This document shows, piece by piece, positions 38,149 through 47,811 of a stretch of 64,000 nucleotides of DNA. The notes below the pieces were generated by a model. The model ran no database searches and was not told the DNA's origin. It was given only the letters and a program-made list of their open reading frames with translations. Source of the stretch: an uncultured Verrucomicrobia subdivision 3 bacterium. GTDB taxonomy: Bacteria > Verrucomicrobiota > Verrucomicrobiia > Limisphaerales > UBA11358. Both the position numbers and the translations under genes were made by a program. Every line of letters begins with the position of its first letter. The stretch's first letter is position 1. The DNA lies in contig CAILMI010000026.1 of NCBI GenBank assembly GCA_903835255.1, forward strand, positions 2,740-66,739. Reading direction: 5' to 3'.

Positions 38149-38508
38149 TTAAAATTTTAATCCCGCTTCGCGCGCCGCTTCCGCCAGCGCCTTGACCTTG
38201 CCGTGATAACGGGCGCCGCCGCGATCGAACACCACTTCCTTGATGCCCTTGCCCAATGCATTCTTGGCCGCAAGCGCCCCGATGGTTTTAGCGCCCTTCA
38301 CGTTCGCCGCCACGTCTTTGGGAGCCGTCTTGCTCACCGTCGAAGCGGCCGCCAGGGTCACTCGGGCATCGTCGTCAATGAACTGGACGTGGATGTTCTC
38401 ATTGGAGAAGCACACCGCCATGCGAGGACGCACGCTGGTTCCGACCACTTTCTTACGGATGCGCCAGCGGCGAAGCTGGGCCAATTTCTGCTTTTTTTCG
38501 ATTCTCAT
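38149..38508 (-). CDS. rplR: 50S ribosomal protein L18
   Basis: RPRMAV, VFDRGGARYHGKV. Confidence 0.97.
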   Translation of the reverse strand: MRIEKKQKLAQLRRWRIRKKVVGTSVRPRMAVCFSNENIHVQFIDDDARVTLAAASTVSKTAPKDVAANVKGAKTIGALAAKNALGKGIKEVVFDRGGARYHGKVKALAEAAREAGLKF

Positions 38509-38544
38509 TTGAATGCGTCACGGATCTGGCCGTGACTAAAATTA

Positions 38545-39081
38545 TTATTGAACCGTCTTCCCTTCCTTGCGCTCGACGTGCTCGCCGGCGTAACGGACGC
38601 CCTTGCCCTTATACGGCTCCGGCGGATAATAGGCGCGGATCTCAGAAGCGACCTTGCCGACCACCATCTTGTCTGGCCCCTCAATCGTCAGCTTGGTATT
38701 TTCCTCAACCGTCACCTTGATCTGGTCGGGGATGTTGTAATTAACCGGATGCGAATAGCCCAGGGAGAGGTTGACCACCTTGCCGGTGACCGCAGCCTTA
38801 AAGCCGACGCCCTGAATCTCCAGCTTCTTGACGAAGCCCTCGGAAACGCCCTTGACCATGTTATTGACCAGCGCGCGGCTCAAGCCGTGAAGCGCCTTGG
38901 CCTCCGCATCGTCGCCGTCGCGGCTGACGACCAAATTATCACCCTCCACTTTGAGGCTGGTGCGCTTGGGCAGTTCCCAGTGAAGCTTGCCCTTAGGCCC
39001 CTCGACCGAGAATTTCTGACCCTTGACCTCCACCTTAATTTTGGCGGGGACGGCAATCGGCTGTTTTCCAATTCGCGACAT
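38545..39081 (-). CDS. rplF: 50S ribosomal protein L6
   Basis: MSRIGKQP, PEPYKGKGVRY. Confidence 0.98.
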   Translation of the reverse strand: MSRIGKQPIAVPAKIKVEVKGQKFSVEGPKGKLHWELPKRTSLKVEGDNLVVSRDGDDAEAKALHGLSRALVNNMVKGVSEGFVKKLEIQGVGFKAAVTGKVVNLSLGYSHPVNYNIPDQIKVTVEENTKLTIEGPDKMVVGKVASEIRAYYPPEPYKGKGVRYAGEHVERKEGKTVQ

Positions 39082-39093
39082 AACTTGAATAAA

Positions 39094-39480
39094 TTACCAG
39101 ATATAGCAGAGCACTTCCCCGCCGAGATTTTTCTTGCGCGCCTGCACATCAGTCATCACGCCCTCCGAGGTGGAGAGGATGACCACGCCCAGACCGCCCC
39201 GCACACGGGGAATTTTGGTGGCGCCCACATACTTGCGCAGGCCCGGCTTGCTGATCCGCTTCAGCCCTTCGATGACGTTCTTTTTTCCGTCATACTTCAG
39301 GCGAATCTTAAGGGTCTTGAGCGGCTTGCCCTCTACGGCCACGTCGGTGACGTACCCCTGCTGCTTCAAAACGTGGGCCACATTCTCCTTGATGCTGGAA
39401 TGCGGCAGTTCAATCGCCGGCAGCAAGGCCCGTCCGGCATTGCGGATGCGGGTCAACATATCTGAAATCGGATCGCTCAT
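39094..39480 (-). CDS. rpsH: 30S ribosomal protein S8
   Basis: DPISDMLTRIRNA, SKPGLRKY, GGEVLCYIW. Confidence 0.98.
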   Translation of the reverse strand: MSDPISDMLTRIRNAGRALLPAIELPHSSIKENVAHVLKQQGYVTDVAVEGKPLKTLKIRLKYDGKKNVIEGLKRISKPGLRKYVGATKIPRVRGGLGVVILSTSEGVMTDVQARKKNLGGEVLCYIW

Positions 39481-39485
39481 AAAAA

Positions 39486-39755
39486 TTACCAGCTCGCTTT
39501 CACCACTCCCGGAATCAACCCATTCAACGCCGCTTCCCGGAAGGTCAGGCGCGAACAGCCGAATTTACGCAGATACCCGCGGCGCCGTCCGCTCATCGAA
39601 CAACGGTTGACCACCCGGGTGGGGCTGGCGTTCTTGGGCAGCTTCGTCAGGCCCACGTAGTCTTTCTTCGCCTTCAATTCAGCACGGCGGGCGGCGAATT
39701 TCTTCACCGTCTCCTGCTTCTTCTTATTGCGTTCCAACCATGCTTTCTTGGCCAT
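39486..39755 (-). CDS. rpsN: 30S ribosomal protein S14, long (zinc-independent) type
   Basis: 89 aa; [17 protein letters not shown], without the CxxC pairs. Confidence 0.95.
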   Translation of the reverse strand: MAKKAWLERNKKKQETVKKFAARRAELKAKKDYVGLTKLPKNASPTRVVNRCSMSGRRRGYLRKFGCSRLTFREAALNGLIPGVVKASW

Positions 39756-39759
39756 AAAA

Positions 39760-40302
39760 TTATTTCTCTGCGAACGGAAAACCCATCATCTTTAACAAGT
39801 CCAAGGCGTGGGCGTTGTCGCCCGCCGACGTCACAATCGTGATGTCCATGCCCTGGGTGCGCTTGATTTTTTCCAGCTCAATCTCCGGGAAGATCGCCTG
39901 GTCATTCACCCCGAAGGTGTAATTGCCGCGCCCGTCAAACTTGCGCGGGGACAGTCCGCGGAAATCGCGGATCCGGGGCAGCGCGGTCGCCACCAGCCGG
40001 TCAAAAAACTCATACATCTCGTCCTTGCGCAGCGTCACCCGGCAGCCGATGTTCTGGCCTTCGCGCAGCTTGAATTGGGCGATGCTGTGGCGGGACTTGC
40101 TGATGGCCGGCTTGCGGCCAGTGATGGCGGAGAGATCCTTGGCGGCATCTTCCAGCGCGCCTTTTTCCAGCGAGGCACTGACGCCCATGTTCACCACGAT
40201 CTTCACCATCTTGGGGATCTGGTGGACATTCTTGTACTGATGCTTTTCCTTGAGGGCCGGCACCACTTCGTTTTTATATTTTCCGTAAAGTCTTGATTTC
40301 AT
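39760..40302 (-). CDS. rplE: 50S ribosomal protein L5
   Basis: [29 protein letters not shown]. Confidence 0.98.
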   Translation of the reverse strand: MKSRLYGKYKNEVVPALKEKHQYKNVHQIPKMVKIVVNMGVSASLEKGALEDAAKDLSAITGRKPAISKSRHSIAQFKLREGQNIGCRVTLRKDEMYEFFDRLVATALPRIRDFRGLSPRKFDGRGNYTFGVNDQAIFPEIELEKIKRTQGMDITIVTSAGDNAHALDLLKMMGFPFAEK

Positions 40303-40337
40303 TTTTAGTCGCCACGGATTTGGCCGTGGCAGTTAGT

Positions 40338-40613
40338 TTAGACGGCCGCCGCCGGTGCCGCGCCGCGCTTGCCCGCGCGCGCGTCGTACTGGGTTGCCGT
40401 CATCACGTTGGACACGTGCACCGACCCCTCGCGCTCCACAATCGCCCCCTGGGGATGCTGCTGGCTCTTGGCCGTGTGCCGCTTGATCATCTGCACGCCC
40501 TCAATGAGCACGCGCTGCTTGTCCGACAGGACGCCGATGATTTTGCCGCGCTTGCCCTTTTCTTTTCCGGCCAGCACAACCACCTCATCGCCTTTTTTCA
40601 CATGAAAATTCAT
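40338..40613 (-). CDS. rplX: 50S ribosomal protein L24
   Basis: VKKGDEVVVLAGKEKG, HVSNVM. Confidence 0.96.
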   Translation of the reverse strand: MNFHVKKGDEVVVLAGKEKGKRGKIIGVLSDKQRVLIEGVQMIKRHTAKSQQHPQGAIVEREGSVHVSNVMTATQYDARAGKRGAAPAAAV

Positions 40614-40620
40614 ATAATCC

Positions 40621-40986
40621 TTAGAGAACTTCCGGCGCGAGCGAGATGATCTTCATGAACTTCTTCTCACGCAGCTCGCGCGCCACCGGGCCGAAAATGC
40701 GCGTGCCCTTGGGATTCAATTCCTTGTCGATAATCACGCAGGCGTTGCGGTCAAAACGCAGGTAGGAGCCGTCGGCCCGGGGAATGATCTGGCGCGTCCG
40801 GACGACCACCGCGTCATGAACTTCGCCCTTCTTCACCGTGCCATCCGGCGCGGCGACCTTGACGTGAACCTTGATGACGTCGCCGATACCGGCGTAGCGC
40901 TGGTTGCGGCCCAGCACCCCGATGTTCCAAACAATCTTGGCACCGGTGTTGTCCGCCACATCCAAACTGGAACGAATTTGCAACAT
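40621..40986 (-). CDS. rplN: 50S ribosomal protein L14
   Basis: [27 protein letters not shown]. Confidence 0.98.
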   Translation of the reverse strand: MLQIRSSLDVADNTGAKIVWNIGVLGRNQRYAGIGDVIKVHVKVAAPDGTVKKGEVHDAVVVRTRQIIPRADGSYLRFDRNACVIIDKELNPKGTRIFGPVARELREKKFMKIISLAPEVL

Positions 40987-40995
40987 AAAATCTTA

Positions 40996-41298
40996 TTAAG
41001 CCGACGCCGGGGTCGCCTGCACCGCGCGGTCCACGACTTCGACCAGCCGCCAACATTTGGTTTTGGACAGCGGACGGGTCTCCTCGATCCGCACGCGATC
41101 GCCCACCTTGGCCTCGTTTTTCTCGTCGTGGGCGTAGAGCTTCTTGTAGGCGGTCACAATCTTCTTATATTGAGCGTGGGGGAAACGGCGCTCCACTTTG
41201 ACGACGATGGTCTTGGCCATCTTGTTAGAGACGACTTCGCCCACGCGTTCCTTGCGGTTGCCGCGTTTCGCTTCCGGTTGTTTTACAGTTTCAGCCAT
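40996..41298 (-). CDS. rpsQ: 30S ribosomal protein S17
   Basis: [20 protein letters not shown]; ATG 41298. Confidence 0.96.
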   Translation of the reverse strand: MAETVKQPEAKRGNRKERVGEVVSNKMAKTIVVKVERRFPHAQYKKIVTAYKKLYAHDEKNEAKVGDRVRIEETRPLSKTKCWRLVEVVDRAVQATPASA

Positions 41299-41305
41299 AC
41301 AAAAA

Positions 41306-41503
41306 TTAAACCGTGGGTTTGCGCAACTGGGACATCCGCGTTTCGATGCGGGCGATGTCCTTGCGGAGAGTCCGCAGACGGGCGGGCTTCTCAAGTTGCG
41401 CGCTGGCCTGCTGCAGGCGCAGGGTGAACATTTCGTGGCGCAGATCACGGCCCTTGGCCGCCAGCTCCACCAGCGTCATATCTTTGGATTCAGCAAATTT
41501 CAT
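41306..41503 (-). CDS. rpmC: 50S ribosomal protein L29
   Basis: [10 protein letters not shown]; position between rplP and rpsQ. Confidence 0.92.
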   Translation of the reverse strand: MKFAESKDMTLVELAAKGRDLRHEMFTLRLQQASAQLEKPARLRTLRKDIARIETRMSQLRKPTV

Positions 41504-41509
41504 ATCCGT

Positions 41510-41932
41510 TTAGCTCGCGTGATGATGCCGCGACACAAATTTTGTTTTGATTGGCAGCTTGGTGGCCGCCAGGCGCATGGACTCGCGCGCAATCGCCTCC
41601 GTCACGCCGTCCACCTCGAACAGGACGTTCGCCGGACGAATGACCGCCACCCAGCCCTCGACGGGCGCTTTGCCCTTGCCCATTCGGGTCTCGAGAGGCT
41701 TCTTGGTAAAGGATTTCTGGGGGAACACCCGGATCCAGAGCTTGCCGTGCCGCTTCATGTTGCGGGCGATAGCCACGCGGGCGGCCTCAATCTGCTTGGC
41801 ATCCATCCAGCACCGTTCCAGCGCCATCAATCCGTATTCGCCAAACGCCACCGTATGACCGCGCGTCGCCAGACCCGTGCGGCTGCCACGGTGCATCTTG
41901 CGGAACTTCACTCTTGCTGGTTGCATTGCCAT
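41510..41932 (-). CDS. rplP: 50S ribosomal protein L16
   Basis: [20 protein letters not shown]. Confidence 0.98.
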   Translation of the reverse strand: MAMQPARVKFRKMHRGSRTGLATRGHTVAFGEYGLMALERCWMDAKQIEAARVAIARNMKRHGKLWIRVFPQKSFTKKPLETRMGKGKAPVEGWVAVIRPANVLFEVDGVTEAIARESMRLAATKLPIKTKFVSRHHHAS

Positions 41933-41949
41933 AACAAAAAATATCTAAA

Positions 41950-42630
41950 TCAGTTCACCGGGAGGGGTTTTTCAACCGGAGCCTGGGGGGCCGCGGCCTT
42001 CTGGGGCTTGTTTTCACCCTTGCAGATCCAGCACTTCACACCCAGCTTGCCGTACATGGTCAGAGCCTCGGCGAAACCGTAATCAATATTCGCACGCAGG
42101 GTGTGCAGGGGCACCCGGCCCCAGTGGTACATCTCGGTACGGGCAATTTCCGCGCCGCCCAGACGACCTGCGCAGCGGATCTTGATTCCCTCCGCGCCGA
42201 AATCCCGGGCGGTCTGAAGGGCTTTTTTCATTGCCCGGCGGAATGACACCCGGCGCTCCATTTGCAGCGCGATATTTTCGGCGACCAGCTGGGCATCCAG
42301 CTCAGGGGTCTTGACCTCGACGATGTCCACGTAAACTTCCTTGCCGGTCAACTTGCTCAAGTCTTCTTTGAGCTTGTCAATTTCGGAACCTTTGCGGCCG
42401 ATGACCACGCCGGGGCGGGCGGTCATGATAGTGACGCGGCAGCGGCTGGTGGCGCGCTCGATCAAAACCTTGGGCACCGAGGCGCCCTCCAACTTCTTCT
42501 TTAGAAAGTCGCGGATCTTGCGGTCTTCCGTCAGCAGGCCGCCAAAATCTTTTTTGTTGGCATACCACTTCGAGCGCCAGTCCTTGTTGACACCGACGCG
42601 CAAGCCGATTGGATTAACTTTTTGTCCCAT
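41950..42630 (-). CDS. rpsC: 30S ribosomal protein S3
   Basis: [31 protein letters not shown]. Confidence 0.98.
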   Translation of the reverse strand: MGQKVNPIGLRVGVNKDWRSKWYANKKDFGGLLTEDRKIRDFLKKKLEGASVPKVLIERATSRCRVTIMTARPGVVIGRKGSEIDKLKEDLSKLTGKEVYVDIVEVKTPELDAQLVAENIALQMERRVSFRRAMKKALQTARDFGAEGIKIRCAGRLGGAEIARTEMYHWGRVPLHTLRANIDYGFAEALTMYGKLGVKCWICKGENKPQKAAAPQAPVEKPLPVN

Positions 42631-42635
42631 ACCAA

Positions 42636-42968
42636 TTATTCGTCGGAAACCGTGATTTTAATGTGGCAACGGCGCTTAAGGATCGGACCGGCCGAGCCGC
42701 GCGCTTTGGGCGTGAAACGCTTGAGGGTGGTTGCGGTTCCGGCCACCGCCTCCTTCACGCGCAATGTTTCCGGCTTCAAATTCTTGTTGTTCTCGGCATT
42801 GGCAATCGCCGAGCGCAGGACCTTGGACACCAGGCGCGCCCCCTTGCGCGGCACGATCTGCAGCACTGCCATCGCCTCCAGCGCGCCCAGACCCTGCACC
42901 TGACGGACCACCTCGCGCATCTTCTGCGCGGACATGGGCACGTTTTTTAAAATTGCAAAAGCTTCCAT
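42636..42968 (-). CDS. rplV: 50S ribosomal protein L22
   Basis: SAQKMR, SAIANA, ARGSA; ATG 42968. Confidence 0.95.
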   Translation of the reverse strand: MEAFAILKNVPMSAQKMREVVRQVQGLGALEAMAVLQIVPRKGARLVSKVLRSAIANAENNKNLKPETLRVKEAVAGTATTLKRFTPKARGSAGPILKRRCHIKITVSDE

Positions 42969-42981
42969 AAAAACGATTGGA

Positions 42982-43263
42982 CTATTTGGCCTCCGCCTTG
43001 GCCGTGTGCGCGCCGTGTTTCTTGAAGGTGCGCGTGAGCGAAAATTCACCCAGCTTGTGGCCCACCATGTTTTCGGTGACGAACACCGGGTTGAAAATCT
43101 TGCCGTTGTGAACGGTGAAGGTCAGGCCGATGAATTCCGGCGTGATGGTTGAGCGCCGCGACCAGGTCTTGATCGGGGTCTTCTGATTGGTCGCCTTAGC
43201 CTTCTGGATTTTGTCCAGCAGGCTGAAATCCACAAACGGACCCTTTTTAATCGAACGTCCCAT
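42982..43263 (-). CDS. rpsS: 30S ribosomal protein S19
   Basis: [22 protein letters not shown]. Confidence 0.98.
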   Translation of the reverse strand: MGRSIKKGPFVDFSLLDKIQKAKATNQKTPIKTWSRRSTITPEFIGLTFTVHNGKIFNPVFVTENMVGHKLGEFSLTRTFKKHGAHTAKAEAK

Positions 43264-43269
43264 AAAAAA

Positions 43270-44124
43270 TTATTTGTTTTTCATCGGCAAACCGTTTCTC
43301 TGAACCACGATGAAGCGGTTTGAGGATTTATATTTGGCGCGCGTCTTGCCGCCCTTAGCCACAAAGCCCCACGGGGACACCAGCTGCTGCCAGCCGCCGC
43401 CGCCCTTGGATTTGCCCTGACCGCCGCCATTGGGATGGTCCACCGGGTTGCGCGCCACGCCGCGGGTGATGCCGCGATGACCGCGGTGCCGGGTGCGGCC
43501 TGCCTTGCCGAGAATGACATTTTCGTGCTCCGTATTGCCGACCTGTCCGATGGTGGCATAGCACTCCTCATTGATGCGACGGATTTCGCCGGACGGGAGC
43601 CGGATCTGCGCAAAACCCTCGTCGCGCGACATCAGCGTGGCCGAACCGCCCGCCGAGCGCACCATCTGACCTCCGCGGCCCGGGGTGATCTCAATGTTGT
43701 GAATCGCCGTGGTGACCGGAATGGACTTGAGCGGCAGAGCATTGCCCACTTCCGGGGGAGCCGTGGGGCCGCTGGAGATTTTAGATCCCACCACCACCCC
43801 GACCGGGGCGATGATGTAGCGCTTGTCGCCGTCGGTATAATCCAACAGCGCCAGGCGAGCCGAACGCATCGGATCGTACTCAATGGCCGAAACCACCGAC
43901 TGAATCCCGTGCTTATTCCGCTTGAAATCCACGAGGCGGATTTTCTGCTTGTGGCCGCCGCCGATGCCGCGCGCGGTGACGCGTCCGTAATGGTTACGGC
44001 CGCCCGATTTCTTTCGCGTGACAACCAGCGACTTCTCGGGCTTCGTCTTCGTAATATCGCTGAAATCTGCGAACGTGACGTAGCGCAGAGACGGCGTTAA
44101 CGGTCTAAAAGATTTAACTGGCAT
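43270..44124 (-). CDS. rplB: 50S ribosomal protein L2
   Basis: GRNHYGRVT, EYDP.RSA, RGVARNPVDHPNGGG; ATG 44124. Confidence 0.98.
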   Translation of the reverse strand: MPVKSFRPLTPSLRYVTFADFSDITKTKPEKSLVVTRKKSGGRNHYGRVTARGIGGGHKQKIRLVDFKRNKHGIQSVVSAIEYDPMRSARLALLDYTDGDKRYIIAPVGVVVGSKISSGPTAPPEVGNALPLKSIPVTTAIHNIEITPGRGGQMVRSAGGSATLMSRDEGFAQIRLPSGEIRRINEECYATIGQVGNTEHENVILGKAGRTRHRGHRGITRGVARNPVDHPNGGGQGKSKGGGGWQQLVSPWGFVAKGGKTRAKYKSSNRFIVVQRNGLPMKNK

Positions 44125-44247
44125 AAATAATATCCAAGTTAGCAACTCTTGGGAGCCGGCGAGCCATTATTCCTGTCCCCGTGAGGGATCAGTTGTCGGT
44201 TCACCATACTTGCTAACCTCTGCATTTTTAGGCGCAAAGGAAAAATG

Positions 44248-44295
44248 AATCTATCAAATGTAAAACGGGATGCAATCCTTTTTTTTATTTTTTTT
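44248..44295 (-). promoter_or_regulatory. Sigma-70 promoter for rplB: UP-like A tract, -35 TTGCAT, 16 bp, extended -10 TG-A-TAGATT
   Basis: On the minus strand: -35 at 44275-44270, -10 at 44253-44248, A-rich tract at 44279-44295. Confidence 0.6.
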
Positions 44296-44548
44296 AGGGC
44301 GGGTTAAAATACACAGTTTACCCGACGTGGCAGGAGTGCGGTGCGCGGCATGCGGCAGAATTGAATCTCCCTAGTAGGCCGCGGGCGGTCGCCGCTCTCA
44401 ACCGCCGGCCAGCTGCGGCGGGCGGATGTCGTTTCGGTTCAGCCAACCGCGTCCCCCTCTTTTCCCGGAGCACTGCGGCTCGCGGTTCATTCCCTAAAGA
44501 GAAGATTATTTCGACACAAATCCCGGCGACTCTGGTACCCTTCCAGGC

Positions 44549-44929
44549 ATGAACGACATCGATCTCACGGGGTTTTCAACCGCCCAACACGAGGCGCTTT
44601 TTGATTTGCTGATCCTGGCCATGTACGCCGACGGGCACCTTTCCTCGCCGGAAGAAGAACGCCTGCAGGAATTGTTGGCGCGCGGGGGATTCGCCGAGGA
44701 GGCGGACCGGCAGCGGCAATGGGATGCCGCCGTGACGCGAATCCGGCCTGGGATTCAATCGATTCAGAAAGCCAAGGAAATGGCCATGGGATTGGCGGGG
44801 GCGTTCACCGACCGCTCCCAGCAAAAACAGGTGCTCGTCGCAGTGGAGCAGATTATGACTTCCGACAACAACCTCAGCACCTGGGAGACCACCCTGCTAT
44901 CGGAACTGCGCTTGAAATTCAGAAGGTGA
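44549..44929 (+). CDS. TerB-like (tellurite resistance family) protein
   Basis: LAMYADGHLSSPEEE ... ADxxL-like C-terminus (MTSDNNLSTWE); extended -10 TGG-TACCCT 7 nt before ATG. Confidence 0.7.
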   Translation: MNDIDLTGFSTAQHEALFDLLILAMYADGHLSSPEEERLQELLARGGFAEEADRQRQWDAAVTRIRPGIQSIQKAKEMAMGLAGAFTDRSQQKQVLVAVEQIMTSDNNLSTWETTLLSELRLKFRR

Positions 44930-45005
44930 GCACGGCGTCGAAAACACCGCCGAAATCCAGCGGCAACAAAAAGTGGCATTGAGTCGGAACCCTGCATTCC
45001 GAATG

Positions 45006-45034
45006 AACCGCCAAGGCTCCAAGGACGCCAAGAG
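45006..45034 (+). repeat. Dispersed 29-bp repeat, copy A
   Basis: AACCGCCAAGGCTCCAAGGACGCCAAGAG, 27/29 identical to 57689-57717. Confidence 0.85.
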
Positions 45035-45202
45035 GCGCTCCAGAACGGCGCAGATTTTTCCCCCGTGTTTGCAGCGGCGGACGTCCTCGCCTGCCGTAGA
45101 ACCGGCGCGTCTCGCCCAGTGGAAAAACCGCGCGCCAATCCAACGCGCCGGACGTATTCGCGAGCCCTTGAAATCGTGTGAATCCCGGGGCAGGCGGCTT
45201 GA

Positions 45203-46984
45203 TTACAGCGCAAGGTTTTTCCGCAACCGCTCCTCCGCCTGTTCGTTGGTCAGGGCTTCCTTCGCACGCAACACCGCCATGCCCACCACCGGCGGATACG
45301 CCTGATCCGCCTTCATGCGCGGCTCCACGTATTCGATGATCTCAAACAGCAGCGCGTTGGCCGCCACATAATCCAAGCGCGTCAGCTGGGCGATGTAACG
45401 CGTCGCACGGTCAATCAACTTCAGATTGCTCGGCACCACCCAAATCATGTAATTGCCCATCACGCGGCCGAGCCGCACCATCGTGCAGGTGGAAACGGCG
45501 TTCATCACCAGCTTCACCGCCACACGCGTCACGCCATCGAGCAGCAAATTCGCTTCGGGCACGGATACCAGAACTGAAATTCCGGCGGCCGACGAAAGAT
45601 CGCCCGCCCGTTCCGGGCCAAAATAAATCAAGCCGGTCTGCGCCTGGTTCTTTTGCGCCGTAGCGAGTTGGTCTAGTTGAAATTGCCGCGCCGACGGCTT
45701 CTCCCCCGCCGCCATGACGGCAATCGCGCTGTCCTTCAATCCGAGCGACCGATGCCGGAGGCCGTGGCGGTCAATTTTGTAGCGCAGCAACTCGGTCGCC
45801 CTGATTTTACCGACGATTTCCAGCGTGCGATCGACTTTCGCCGCCTCCACCAGCCCGCGGACTTCCGCTTCGGCCCACACGACGCAGCGCGGTTCGCGTT
45901 TAAGAATGTTGCGCCAAGCGTCCGACGTCTGCTCGTCAGGCAAAAATAAAAACGCCCAGGATTCGGCGGCCGTGGCGTCGTCAAATTTGCGGAACGGCGG
46001 CGTGCAATAGGTGGGCGAACGCTCGGTCGTGTCCGTTAAAACATCAATGCCCAGGCGATCGGCAAAATAGCTGTTCTGGTGTCCGCTGCGATAAACCGAT
46101 TCCTCCAGCGCAACGATTTTTGCCAGCGCCTCCAGCAGCTCCGGCGAGCGCAGATTTTTGAACAGCTCTTCCAGCCTGGCAAGAAAGTGCGCCGCGACCT
46201 CCGCCGATTTCTGGCCGGAAAGTTCGCAGGCGACGATTTCCAAAATCGCCAGCAAGACGCACAGCTGGATTGACGTCGCCTGCATCCGCGTCGAGCCGGT
46301 GATGCTCATCGGCCCGGTGGCAAGGTTGATCTTTTCGATGCGCGCGTCTTGGATCACCTCGCGGCTGCGCTGAACGTGCTCGCACAAGATGTCATCGGGA
46401 TTGTTATAGACAAAATAAACTTTCGCGCCCGCGTCCACGCCCGCCCAGGCCGTGCCGATGACGAACGAGGTTTCGCCGCCTTCCGTGATGGCGAACACCA
46501 CATCCTTGGCCGACACACCGAGGTCCGCGACTTGTTTTCGACCAAACGCGGTGAAATCCTCGAAGCCTTCCACTGATTTAATGAGCGCGTAATCGCCGCC
46601 AGCCATAACGCTGAAGGTGCGGTTTTCAAAATCAGCGCGGCCGCGCTGCTGCCAGAAATCGCGCCAGATGGAATCCAGCAGAATGCTCAACCGGCCCGTC
46701 GAACCGCAGCCGGTGAAGAAAACCCGCCCGCCGTTTTTAACGGCGGCCAAAACGGTCGCCGCTATTTTTTCCGCGCGGCCGGATGACGCGAACTCGCGAA
46801 ATTTTTTCAGCACGTCTTCATCAGCTTGAAACAGCAAATCCAACGCGGCGGCAATATCGCCTTTTGCCACCTCGCTCAAATGCGCCGTGACCGGGTGCGA
46901 CGATTCGGTGACCAGCGCGCCGAGTTTGAATTGGCCGCTGATCTGCAAAAATTCTTCCGACCGGACTTGAGAACTCGCGCTCAT
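45203..46984 (-). CDS. Double-SIS-domain MurQ/glucokinase-regulator-like sugar-phosphate protein
   Basis: GCGSTGRL, AGG..A....EGFED, TGSTRMQA, and MurQ-like KLVMNAVST..GRVMGNYM..NLKLIDRA; 593 aa, about twice MurQ length. Confidence 0.75.
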   Translation of the reverse strand: MSASSQVRSEEFLQISGQFKLGALVTESSHPVTAHLSEVAKGDIAAALDLLFQADEDVLKKFREFASSGRAEKIAATVLAAVKNGGRVFFTGCGSTGRLSILLDSIWRDFWQQRGRADFENRTFSVMAGGDYALIKSVEGFEDFTAFGRKQVADLGVSAKDVVFAITEGGETSFVIGTAWAGVDAGAKVYFVYNNPDDILCEHVQRSREVIQDARIEKINLATGPMSITGSTRMQATSIQLCVLLAILEIVACELSGQKSAEVAAHFLARLEELFKNLRSPELLEALAKIVALEESVYRSGHQNSYFADRLGIDVLTDTTERSPTYCTPPFRKFDDATAAESWAFLFLPDEQTSDAWRNILKREPRCVVWAEAEVRGLVEAAKVDRTLEIVGKIRATELLRYKIDRHGLRHRSLGLKDSAIAVMAAGEKPSARQFQLDQLATAQKNQAQTGLIYFGPERAGDLSSAAGISVLVSVPEANLLLDGVTRVAVKLVMNAVSTCTMVRLGRVMGNYMIWVVPSNLKLIDRATRYIAQLTRLDYVAANALLFEIIEYVEPRMKADQAYPPVVGMAVLRAKEALTNEQAEERLRKNLAL

Positions 46985-47811
46985 AGATTTGCTTTTGAAA
47001 AAATTGCCGGCTTGGGAAAATTATTGGCCCGCTTGAATTTTTTTGCCGGCGGCGCGGTTTGACATGCCAGCACAAAGCTGCGGAAAATCGCCCGGTAGCA
47101 GGCCCCTTTCTGGACCAGCCGTTCAGGATGAAACTGCACACCCAGGAGGAACGGCATCTGGGCCGCCAGATCCGGCCGAAGTTCAATTGCCTCGACCAGA
47201 CCGTCACAGCTGCGCGCCGTGGCGACAAACGGATCCGCCGGCTCGGCAATTGCCTGATGATGCGTGCTGTTCACGCCCAGGCGGTGTTTCCGGGTGATTT
47301 TTGCCAGCAGCGAGCCGGGCACCACCTCCGTATCGTGCACCAGATCAAACGCCCGATCCATGCGCCGATGGTTCAAGAATCCCGGCGACTGCTTCGCGAT
47401 GTCCGCGATGAGTTTTCCGCCAAACGCCACGTTCAGCAATTGGTGGCCGCGGCAGATGGCCAGCATGGGCTTGCGCTGCCGAAAAATTTCCGCGATCAAA
47501 ATTAATTCAGCCGCGTCGCGCTGGCCCTTGTCCGGCGTCTGCTTCACGGTTTTGAGGATCGCGCGCGGCAGTTTGGCGTCGTAGAGGTTGGGGTTGATGT
47601 CATCGCCGCCGGTAAATAGCACGCCATCCGCATGGCGCACGCTTTCTGCCAGCAAAGCCCGGTCGGTTGTCGCCGGCGCGATGATCGGCAGTCCGCCCGC
47701 CGCCAGGATCGCATTGACATACCGGAGGGATAGGCTGACGGACAAATCACTAAATTCCACACCGCGCAGTTCAACGCTGGGCGTAATCAAAATTAACGGC
47801 GGCCGTTTCAT
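46981..47811 (-). CDS. Gamma-glutamyl-gamma-aminobutyrate hydrolase family (peptidase C26, class I GATase)
   Basis: TGGDDINP, AICRGHQLLNV (Cys), VNSTHHQ, GVQFHPE (His-Glu). Confidence 0.9.
   Translation of the reverse strand: MKRPPLILITPSVELRGVEFSDLSVSLSLRYVNAILAAGGLPIIAPATTDRALLAESVRHADGVLFTGGDDINPNLYDAKLPRAILKTVKQTPDKGQRDAAELILIAEIFRQRKPMLAICRGHQLLNVAFGGKLIADIAKQSPGFLNHRRMDRAFDLVHDTEVVPGSLLAKITRKHRLGVNSTHHQAIAEPADPFVATARSCDGLVEAIELRPDLAAQMPFLLGVQFHPERLVQKGACYRAIFRSFVLACQTAPPAKKFKRANNFPKPAIFSKANL

Noticed and set aside
44973-45305. 110-aa plus-strand ORF as a GxxExxY-type gene
   Set aside because: Only the repeat-derived NRQGSKDAK start is present; no GxxExxY motif follows and the ORF overlaps the MurQ-like gene antisense
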